From assembly GCA_048881705.1 (NCBI GenBank), contig JBHLSH010000018.1, positions 1-49,125 of the forward strand: 49,125 nucleotides of DNA. The letters are read 5' to 3'. Of this stretch, positions 38,064-46,031 are shown in pieces. The notes under the pieces were generated by a model. The model ran no database searches and was not told the origin of the DNA. It saw only the letters and a list, made by a program, of their open reading frames with translations. A program made the translations under genes and the position numbers. Every line of letters starts with the position of its first letter. Within the stretch, counting starts at the first letter, position 1. The stretch comes from Candidatus Heimdallarchaeota archaeon (lineage in GTDB: Archaea; Asgardarchaeota; Heimdallarchaeia; Hodarchaeales; Hodarchaeaceae).

Positions 38064-40232
38064 TCAAGGTTTTAATTCGGTATATTCCCCTCTTAACCAT
38101 TCCTTGATCAATGTTTTGTAGTATCTGCCGAATCTCCGATCGCTTGGACCTCCTGCAATATTCATCAGGAGTGTTTCCGAGCTAAAATCACAAATCATTC
38201 GATAAGTCGGGATGAAATTCGTATCACGCCCAGCAGACTTAAATATCTGTCCTTGATGGATAGTGGCGCGACCTCCGGGTAATTCAAAGGGTCCATAATC
38301 GAAACCTAGAAATCTAGGCAGTTGCCCTCCAAAGAACATGTTGGTGGCTACGATCTTATGCGTTTTTCCATAAGGTTTTGCCTCTCCTTGTAACCCTCGT
38401 TCAATCGCTGCTCTGTAAATATTCTCTTGGCTCCTTCCACCAAACCAAATGGACTCTTTTTTCAATAGAACCGCATCAAAGTGTCCATGGAATTCCGCAA
38501 GCAGAACTTCATCAATAATCGATTGTACAGTGTTCATTCCCAACCCGTTATCTCCAAACACGAGCATAAGCAATTCGTGGTAAATTTGTTCAAACAAGGT
38601 TGCTCCTAGAGAAGCAGGGTCATAACATAAATCCCACTCCCTTAAAATCTCTCCATTTCCGGTTGCAGGAAGGAGAGGTTGAATTATTTCCATGAATTTT
38701 TCAGCTTGGAGGGAGTAATAATCGTAGTGCATTTTTTTCATATCAGGAACGGTAAACTTTTTGTCCTGAGATAATAGGGAAGTAATTCGATCAGCGCGAT
38801 AACTTGATTGGGAGTTGGTTGTGATTGGTACTCCTAGATGATTCAAAGATTGATTCGCTGTGGTGAAAAATCCTTCTTCAGGATTATACGTTCGGGGATA
38901 TTTCCGTGGATCGATTATCCCTCTCCAATGGTGATGTTCTTCCCATCCATAATAGGGAAGTAGTCCTGAGGAGTTTTCAGCCTTTTGTGGAAATAACCCG
39001 CTTGTTTGAAACCCGATGTTTCCTGAACGATCTGCCATTACCCAATAAAATGGTGAGAATTTGAACCCAGTGAAACAATCCATTGCCTCTTTTACATTCT
39101 GAGCCTTTTGGAGTTTCAAAAGGTTTGTGATGGACTCTACAATAGTTCCTACTCGACTCGCCCAAGCATAGTTGAGATAATAGCCGTCCTCAATTGGTTC
39201 GCCCTCAATAATGCCTTGGTTATTCTCATATATCTTAAAGGTAATAGGGGATTTCTTCTTTGGGCGAATTGTCTCCTCACGGATAGTGAAAGGAACCCAA
39301 GTATTTCCACGACGATATTTTCCGTCTTTGACTTCCTCTATGAAATAGTCAATCATGTTCATAGGAGCATAGGTTGGTGACCATGCGACCCAAGGAGTTC
39401 GGCCACAAATAATGCCCGGTACACCAGGTAGGCTTGCTCCCATTGCAAAGTAATCGTTCGACTTTAAAATGGTAGTATACCAAACAGAGGGTAATCTAAG
39501 CTCAAGATGAGGATCACCGCATAACATGGCCTTTCCGGAAGCGGTTTTCGATGGGGAAAGGGCCCAATTATTGCTAGAAGCGGCGGACGGAAGTATTGAG
39601 AGGGCTTTGAGATGTTGGTTTATTATTGGATAGGTAATCTTGGTCTTTTTAAGGATTGAAACGAGATCAGGCGAGATTTCTTCTGAAATGGCCGGAAACA
39701 ATTCCTTTATCTTCGCCGAATCGATCTCATTTTGTATCATCTGGATGATAAACTTACCAACCTCTCCCTGTGACTGTGTAAGTCCGATATAACCCACCAT
39801 TCGGCCTAATAGCATTGAATCCTGAATTGTCCAACGATCAGGTTTATATCCCACCAACCTAAACTCAAACGGCCTTCTTCCCTCCGTTGCATCGTTTATT
39901 CCTTTGCAATAAGCCTCTAGGGCGTTAGTATCATCAGGTGAAAGCTGCGAGCGTTCTCTTTCCAGCCCCCCAGCAAGATTAATCCAGCGGAGAAACCTGT
40001 CTGCCTCGATTAAATCCTCATCTGCTCGGAGCTTTTCCGAGGCAGTTCCCGTACCGATTAGCTTTAGGAGCCACATATACAATTGTCGATCTGTTCCATG
40101 AAGATACCCAAGTCCGTAGTGAAGATCAAGCTCGTGGTCAGCATCAATGTGGGGGATTCCCCCCTTTATTCGCTCAACTCGGATCGGCCCTTTTGTCCCC
40201 TGAAGAATTGTTTCTTTCTCACCAATTTTCAT
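38064..40232 (-). CDS. Penicillin acylase / Ntn-hydrolase family amidase
   Basis: It has GIPHIDA and GLGYLHGTDR, the catalytic beta-subunit start SNNW (Ser codon 39575-39573) followed by GDPHL, and PGGRAT. Confidence 0.9.
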   Translation of the reverse strand: MKIGEKETILQGTKGPIRVERIKGGIPHIDADHELDLHYGLGYLHGTDRQLYMWLLKLIGTGTASEKLRADEDLIEADRFLRWINLAGGLERERSQLSPDDTNALEAYCKGINDATEGRRPFEFRLVGYKPDRWTIQDSMLLGRMVGYIGLTQSQGEVGKFIIQMIQNEIDSAKIKELFPAISEEISPDLVSILKKTKITYPIINQHLKALSILPSAASSNNWALSPSKTASGKAMLCGDPHLELRLPSVWYTTILKSNDYFAMGASLPGVPGIICGRTPWVAWSPTYAPMNMIDYFIEEVKDGKYRRGNTWVPFTIREETIRPKKKSPITFKIYENNQGIIEGEPIEDGYYLNYAWASRVGTIVESITNLLKLQKAQNVKEAMDCFTGFKFSPFYWVMADRSGNIGFQTSGLFPQKAENSSGLLPYYGWEEHHHWRGIIDPRKYPRTYNPEEGFFTTANQSLNHLGVPITTNSQSSYRADRITSLLSQDKKFTVPDMKKMHYDYYSLQAEKFMEIIQPLLPATGNGEILREWDLCYDPASLGATLFEQIYHELLMLVFGDNGLGMNTVQSIIDEVLLAEFHGHFDAVLLKKESIWFGGRSQENIYRAAIERGLQGEAKPYGKTHKIVATNMFFGGQLPRFLGFDYGPFELPGGRATIHQGQIFKSAGRDTNFIPTYRMICDFSSETLLMNIAGGPSDRRFGRYYKTLIKEWLRGEYTELKP

Positions 40233-40260
40233 CAAAAAACCTCATTTCTTCTCTGTTCAA

Positions 40261-40638
40261 TTAAAATTGCTCAATACTGACTGATCCATTGTGAGTCTCG
40301 TATTTAATAATATGGTGGTGTCCTGATGGACAACCTATCTCGATTCTATTCTCACTCGCTGGAACGGCCGTATATTCTAGTAAATTTCTGCACACAGGAC
40401 AGCTGTCTGGCAATCTTATCATCCCTTGGATATTGTCAATTCCTGGTAAAATCCAGAATATTCCTGGTCCTTTAAGCCCAATAAATCGTCCGAACCGAAA
40501 CACGGGCGCACGCTCCCATTCCTTAACAACTCTTAATCCACTGAGGACAAAAATCACAACTAGAATAGCTGCAATAATTATAAAAATCTCAGCAGACCCA
40601 GGTGGTAGAATTTGACTAGAAAGTCTATCATTAGGCAG
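40261..40638 (-). CDS. Truncated SPFH/stomatin N-terminus fused to a Zn-ribbon-like tail (probable CTG start)
   Basis: A TM (EIFIIIAAILVVIFVLSGL) is followed by RVVKEWERAPVFRFGRF...KGPGIFWILPGIDN, then CPVC...CPSGH. The frame is bounded upstream by TGA, and there is a CTG at 40638. Confidence 0.65.
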   Translation of the reverse strand: MPNDRLSSQILPPGSAEIFIIIAAILVVIFVLSGLRVVKEWERAPVFRFGRFIGLKGPGIFWILPGIDNIQGMIRLPDSCPVCRNLLEYTAVPASENRIEIGCPSGHHHIIKYETHNGSVSIEQF

Positions 40639-40864
40639 GGTAAATCATCTTTTCTTCAAGAATATACTTTCGAGTTAAATCCCGAATTCAAAACCACGCC
40701 TAATCTATATTTTGCATCCCGAATTTCAAAGCTTCCGCACTCTACTCCTGTGCAGTTTGAAGGTAAACACCACCAAATGTCTGACGAAAACAATCTTTCC
40801 AGGTTTAATTAGGAGAACTGTTTAGGTATTGTCAAGAATGTCAGCCAAGAAATGGTTCCTAGAT

Positions 40865-40888
40865 TACATTTTTATAACCGAATTTCCA
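40865..40888 (+). promoter_or_regulatory. TATA-containing element shared with the promoter region of the second binding-protein gene
   Basis: TACATTTTTATA at 40865-76 is identical to 43880-91, and both are followed by N4-AATTT. Confidence 0.45.
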
Positions 40889-40976
40889 TAGAGGCAAACT
40901 GTGATATGGCTCTTGGCCTAAAATAGTTGGGTGAAAGACAATCTAGAGTAGGGGATATGTTATAAGAAAATCAAAA

Positions 40977-42857
40977 TTGATAGCTACCGTGGGCCTTTTT
41001 TTACTGGTTGTTGTTGCTAATTCTAGGTCTCTCAACCCTAGCGGGACCCCTCCACAATTCGCTATGTGGGCTTCTGATTATACTCATCATGGAGGATATA
41101 TAGATGAACTCTGGTGGCGTGTGTATCCTAGCGATGGAGATTTACAGGCCACGGAAGCTGTCATCTCAGGTGAGATTGACGCACATACGGGACGAGTACA
41201 AATGCAGCTTCAAATGGGGTTTCCGATTAGTCCCGCAGATGTCCAGGTTCAGGTTATCCTCGCCAATCGTTACCGAGTGCTCTATCTGAACAATGGGAAG
41301 TTCCCCCTAAACATTACAGGGTTTCGTCGAGCAATTGCGTATGGCATGGACAAACATAGGATTAATGATGAAGCCATTGGCGGTGCTGGGGAACCGATGG
41401 ATAGCCATATCCCGGTCGTTATGACCGACTGGGAGGTCGAAAGTTCCCTTTCAGAACGACTCTATAATGTCGATGTTTTGGCGGGAAATACCTCGCTAGA
41501 AGATGCGGGCTTTAAAGACCTAGATGGCGATGGCTGGAGAGAATACGACGTAAATAGGAATGGGATATGGGATAGCGACATCGATTTAGAGGACAACGAC
41601 CCAACCTTGGTTATTGACATGAGGTCCTCCGTTGGGTCTCAGCCCGACATCATTGCGGCAACTGTGGCCCAGGACGGTCTGACTATGATGGGTATTCGTT
41701 CCACGGTGACAGAAACTGACTCTGTAAATATCCATGAGGCGTTGATGGATGGTTCGTTTGAGATAGTGACCGTCGCCATAGATTGGCCCAGATTGAACCC
41801 GATACAAGTCCTTTGGGATGAATTTCATAGTCAAAGTCCATATAATCTAGAATTTGGTACCAGGTACGAAAATGCGGAAATCGATCCTATTCTCCAAGCC
41901 ATGGTGGATTCAAAGACAGTAGATGACGTTAAGAGATATGCGAAGCAAGCTGCCAAGTTATTAGCCTATGAACAGCCCTTTATCGTCTGTTACAATGACG
42001 TAATAACAGAGGTCTGGCGAACCGATAAGTTTGATTTCTCACTGAACTTTGCAACGGCTGGACGAGTCAGTAGCGCCAACCATTATTCTGTGACCCAAGC
42101 TCGTTTGCTGAATGGGTATTTCGGTGGAATTCTCAAGATTTCCAACATGGGTTCGATGGACAGAGCAAATCCCGCCATGGAACGAAGTCAATCCGAAGCC
42201 AACGTTAACAATAAGGTCTTTGAACGCGTTTTAGATATCGATCCCGTCAACTTGGACGTGATTCCTCGGCTGGCATATGCGTGGGAGATCGAAGCATGGT
42301 CTGAAGGTCCCGTAACAGACGGTGCTAAATACTCCTATTACCTGTACCCGAATGCCACTTGGCATGATGGCAAACCAGTAACGGCCTATGACGTCAACTT
42401 TACCCTTATGGAAGTTGTTCCCAAGACACTTGCGGAATTTGCAGAAAGAGCCGACATTCAAAAGGTAGAAGTTCCAAACAACCATACATACGTGATTTAT
42501 GTCAATAAATCCAATTTCTTCGAATTTCTCGACATTTCCTTTGGCATAGGTTATGTTGTGCCCGAACATATTTGGAGGCCAGGCGCCGCGGGGAACTATT
42601 CCGCATTTGAGCCCGCGGTCCGCACAACTTGGGTTGGTTCTGGGCCATTCAAAGCGGTGTCACGGGTACCTGGCGAAATAATCAAACTTGAAAGGAACGC
42701 GGGATGGCATTTTGCCATTGATTGGTACAAAACAACGCCCACACCACCAACAGCCGTGATAGGAGCAATTTGGGAACTTTTAATATTAGCGCTATTGATT
42801 ATTACGCTATATGTATTTAGGAAGAAGCACCGAAGAAAGGATTTGCCACCAAGCTAG
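40977..42857 (+). CDS. Family-5 (OppA/DppA-like) solute-binding protein, circularly permuted, C-terminally anchored (paralog 1)
   Basis: It has GEID, N..FP.N..GFRRAIAYGMD, then GG.L..SN.GSMD..NP, IPRLAYAWE, WHDGKPVTAYDVNFT, GSGPF and KLERN, with a signal peptide and a C-terminal TM + basic tail. The start may be the ATA at 40962. Confidence 0.85.
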   Translation: MIATVGLFLLVVVANSRSLNPSGTPPQFAMWASDYTHHGGYIDELWWRVYPSDGDLQATEAVISGEIDAHTGRVQMQLQMGFPISPADVQVQVILANRYRVLYLNNGKFPLNITGFRRAIAYGMDKHRINDEAIGGAGEPMDSHIPVVMTDWEVESSLSERLYNVDVLAGNTSLEDAGFKDLDGDGWREYDVNRNGIWDSDIDLEDNDPTLVIDMRSSVGSQPDIIAATVAQDGLTMMGIRSTVTETDSVNIHEALMDGSFEIVTVAIDWPRLNPIQVLWDEFHSQSPYNLEFGTRYENAEIDPILQAMVDSKTVDDVKRYAKQAAKLLAYEQPFIVCYNDVITEVWRTDKFDFSLNFATAGRVSSANHYSVTQARLLNGYFGGILKISNMGSMDRANPAMERSQSEANVNNKVFERVLDIDPVNLDVIPRLAYAWEIEAWSEGPVTDGAKYSYYLYPNATWHDGKPVTAYDVNFTLMEVVPKTLAEFAERADIQKVEVPNNHTYVIYVNKSNFFEFLDISFGIGYVVPEHIWRPGAAGNYSAFEPAVRTTWVGSGPFKAVSRVPGEIIKLERNAGWHFAIDWYKTTPTPPTAVIGAIWELLILALLIITLYVFRKKHRRKDLPPS

Positions 42858-42939
42858 CGTAGATTCCAAGTTTGATTGGGTTAACATTAAAGACAAATTT
42901 TCTCAAGTATCGACTTATGGATTGACTTTTTGCAGTCCA

Positions 42940-43740
42940 TTAATCGGAAGTTTGCATCCGGGATTTCACGACTTCCGCTCTCTGTGTTTCAACGTCTTGC
43001 AACCACATCCCTCCAAATTTCTGACGAAGATGATCTTTCCAGGTATAGTCCGGTTTTCGACTCGTATATTTTCGATAGTACCCTTCATTCTCCAATTCTG
43101 TTGACATATGCTGGATTTCTGATTCCAATTGCTGATCAGAGAGTAATTCATACTTATTTCGATGAAAAACCGCAGGATTACTCAATCTGGGCCTAAGAGG
43201 AGGATTTTCTTCGGGAACACCTATGGCCAACCCATAAAGAGGGATCACTCGCTCAGGAAGCTCAAGAAGCTGGCTAACCTCTCGACACCTGTCCCCACAC
43301 GTCCCTATGTATGCGGTTCCATATCCTAAGGCCTCAGCTGCAAGAACCAGGTTCTGAGCTGCAAACGAGGCGTCACAGGAAGCGATCAATGATCCACTAA
43401 TTGGCCCGAGTTGGCACTGTCCCCCTGCCGCCGCTACTAATGTATCCAATCGCTTTAGATCCGCTGCAACCACATAAAATATCGAAGCATCCCTGATCAT
43501 GGTCTGATTTCCACAGACCTCATATAATGCGGTTCGTATTTTTACATCAGTAATTTCAACGAAGGAATACATCTGTCCAGAGCAACTGCTTGCTGCTCGC
43601 TGCGCGGCACGTTCAATTGTTTCCTGGTGATCAGAAGGTATTGTGGCTCCTCTCTGGAAGCGACGTATTGTTCGATGGGTAAAAATGGTTTCTAGAAAGG
43701 TTTGTTCATTCAGATTACTTTCGTTATTACTTTTCACCAT
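42940..43740 (-). CDS. Nitroreductase (NfsA/FRP-like)
   Basis: It has HRTIRRF, AASSCSGQ, D.....QNLVLAAEALGYGTAYIG and GLAIGVP...P.LRPRL. Confidence 0.9.
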   Translation of the reverse strand: MVKSNNESNLNEQTFLETIFTHRTIRRFQRGATIPSDHQETIERAAQRAASSCSGQMYSFVEITDVKIRTALYEVCGNQTMIRDASIFYVVAADLKRLDTLVAAAGGQCQLGPISGSLIASCDASFAAQNLVLAAEALGYGTAYIGTCGDRCREVSQLLELPERVIPLYGLAIGVPEENPPLRPRLSNPAVFHRNKYELLSDQQLESEIQHMSTELENEGYYRKYTSRKPDYTWKDHLRQKFGGMWLQDVETQRAEVVKSRMQTSD

Positions 43741-43879
43741 AGTCAAACCTCATCAGAATGTTGTAAACTAGGAGAAATGCTATTTATTTCAACAATTCTA
43801 TCACTTAACATGCAACAATATGGGTATCAATGGGAAGGAAGTACCCCTCTTCCAGGTTAAAACCAATTCTCATAATAAG

Positions 43880-43903
43880 TACATTTTTATAGGTAAATTT
43901 ACC
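43880..43903 (+). promoter_or_regulatory. TATA element followed by perfect palindrome GGTAAATTTACC
   Basis: TACATTTTTATA lies at 43880-91 and a 12-bp palindrome at 43892-43903, upstream of paralog 2. Confidence 0.45.
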
Positions 43904-44056
43904 CCCATGACCAATCTTGAGGTGGAAGATTGTACAACAATGCGGAGTTTTCCGGACTTTGAGTGGACACTGGGAATCATCTCTGCTATCTTAGCGTGAT
44001 AATAACCTCTAATATTGTTCTCACTCAGTATAAGAGATAAGATTAGGAGATTACTT

Positions 44057-45982
44057 ATGAGAATTATAAAGATGATCAATTGGGTGGGAATATTACCAGT
44101 AATTGTAATCACAATGGGCATAATCAACATTACTGGATCTACCAACCAAGGAGATTCTCCTATGTGGGCTTCGAATTATACCCATCATGGAGGTTACGTG
44201 GATGAAGTCTGGTGGCGTGTCTATGGCAGTAGTGAGACTGCGCAAGCCATGTTAGCCCTCGAATCTGGCGAGATCGACGCTCACACGGAACCAGTTCAGA
44301 CCCCCTACCTCGCACAGCTTTTGAGAAACCCCGATATCCAGGTGCAAGTTACCTTGGCCAATCGATACCGTGTTCTCTATTTAAATAACGTTAAATTTCC
44401 CTTGAACATCACAGGGTTCCGACGTGCGATCGCCTTTGGAATGGATAAATACAAGATTAATGATCAAGCCATTGGAGGTTCAGGACAACCCTTGGACAGC
44501 TATATTTCGCTAGCTATGACTGAATGGGAAGCTGAGAGCACCCTAACCACACACTTCTATGACGTAGACGTAGCCGCTGGGAACGCCTCGCTCGAAGCTG
44601 CTGGTTTTCGAGACCTAGATAATGATGGCTGGCGTGAATGGGATGCCGATAACAGTGGAACTTGGACCGCTGGCGACCTAGACGATAATGACTCCGCCTT
44701 GGTTATTGACATGTGGCCCTCTGTTGGATTCCAACCAGCTATTGTGGCCGCTACTGTGGCTCAAGATGGACTTGCCCTGATGGGTATCCGCACAACTGTG
44801 ACAGAAAAGCCGTTTACCGACATCCTGGACTCCTTGATTGACGGTACTTTTTGGGTAGCGGTCTTTACGACTGGCTTGCCCACACTGAACCCGACCAAAG
44901 TTCTTTATGACGAATTTCACAGCTCGAGCCCAGACAACATGCAATATGGGGCAAGATTCCAAAACACGACAATCGATTCGATCCTGCAAGCCATGGTAGA
45001 TTCAAAAACCGTAAATGACGTTAAAACATCTGCTAAACAAGCTGCGGTGTTATTAGCATATGAGCAGCCGTACATAGTTTGCTATAATGATGTCCTCACG
45101 GATGCCTGGCGAACTGACAAATTTGACTTCCCACTAACATTCGCTTCTGCTGGAAGAGTTAGCAGCGATAATCACTATTCGGTCACTCACGCTCGTCTGC
45201 TGAATGGATCTTATGGTGGTATCCTCAAAATGTCGAATGGGGGTTCTATGAGTACTATCAATCCTGCCATGCAAAAAAGTAGGCACGAAGCAAACATCAA
45301 TAACAAAATTTACGAGGGTGTATTAGATATTGATCCGAATACCTTGGATGCAATTCCACGATTAGCATATGCCTGGGAAATTGACCCCTGGGTAGAAGGC
45401 GCCATCACTGATGGAGCCAAATACACCTACCACCTATACCCAAATGCCACCTGGCACGATGGCGTCCCAGTAACAGCTCACGATCTTAACTTCACTATGT
45501 TTGAGATTATTCCCCAGACTCTTGGTGAATTTAATGAGAGACAGGACATCAAGAAGGTAGAAATCCCAGACGCCAATACCTACGTATTGTACGTCAATAG
45601 ATCGACCTATTTCGAATTCGTTGACATCACTTTTGGGATGGGCTATATTTTTCCTAAGCATATTTGGGAACCCAACGCAGCGGGTAACTACGCAACATTC
45701 GAACCCGTAACTGGTACGACATGGGTTGGATCAGGGCCATACAAGGTTAAATCTCGTGTACCTGGTGAATTAATCAAACTAGAGCGGAGTGAAAATTGGC
45801 ATTTTTCTCTCGATTGGTACAGAAGCAAAACTACCACAACAACGACTACAGCCACTACAACAACCGCTACAACAACCACTACAACAATCTCCGTTATCAG
45901 CCCGAGTTGGGAAATATTAACCATAGTAGTTTCGATGGCTTCACTCTATGTTATTCTTAAGGAAAATCGGAGGAAATACTGA
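44057..45982 (+). CDS. Family-5 solute-binding protein, circularly permuted (paralog 2)
   Basis: It has the same motif order as paralog 1, an ATG at 44057 after AGGAG, and a Thr-rich linker + SPSW-TM-basic tail. Confidence 0.85.
   Translation: MRIIKMINWVGILPVIVITMGIINITGSTNQGDSPMWASNYTHHGGYVDEVWWRVYGSSETAQAMLALESGEIDAHTEPVQTPYLAQLLRNPDIQVQVTLANRYRVLYLNNVKFPLNITGFRRAIAFGMDKYKINDQAIGGSGQPLDSYISLAMTEWEAESTLTTHFYDVDVAAGNASLEAAGFRDLDNDGWREWDADNSGTWTAGDLDDNDSALVIDMWPSVGFQPAIVAATVAQDGLALMGIRTTVTEKPFTDILDSLIDGTFWVAVFTTGLPTLNPTKVLYDEFHSSSPDNMQYGARFQNTTIDSILQAMVDSKTVNDVKTSAKQAAVLLAYEQPYIVCYNDVLTDAWRTDKFDFPLTFASAGRVSSDNHYSVTHARLLNGSYGGILKMSNGGSMSTINPAMQKSRHEANINNKIYEGVLDIDPNTLDAIPRLAYAWEIDPWVEGAITDGAKYTYHLYPNATWHDGVPVTAHDLNFTMFEIIPQTLGEFNERQDIKKVEIPDANTYVLYVNRSTYFEFVDITFGMGYIFPKHIWEPNAAGNYATFEPVTGTTWVGSGPYKVKSRVPGELIKLERSENWHFSLDWYRSKTTTTTTTATTTTATTTTTTISVISPSWEILTIVVSMASLYVILKENRRKY
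45830..45886 (+). repeat. Low-complexity ACN repeat encoding a poly-Thr linker
   Basis: The sequence is ACTACCACAACAACGACTACAGCCACTACAACAACCGCTACAACAACCACTACAACA. Confidence 0.85.
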
Positions 45983-46031
45983 ACTCCTTGGAATCGTTCT
46001 ATGTCCATAAAGGAGAATGAGGAGATTTCTA

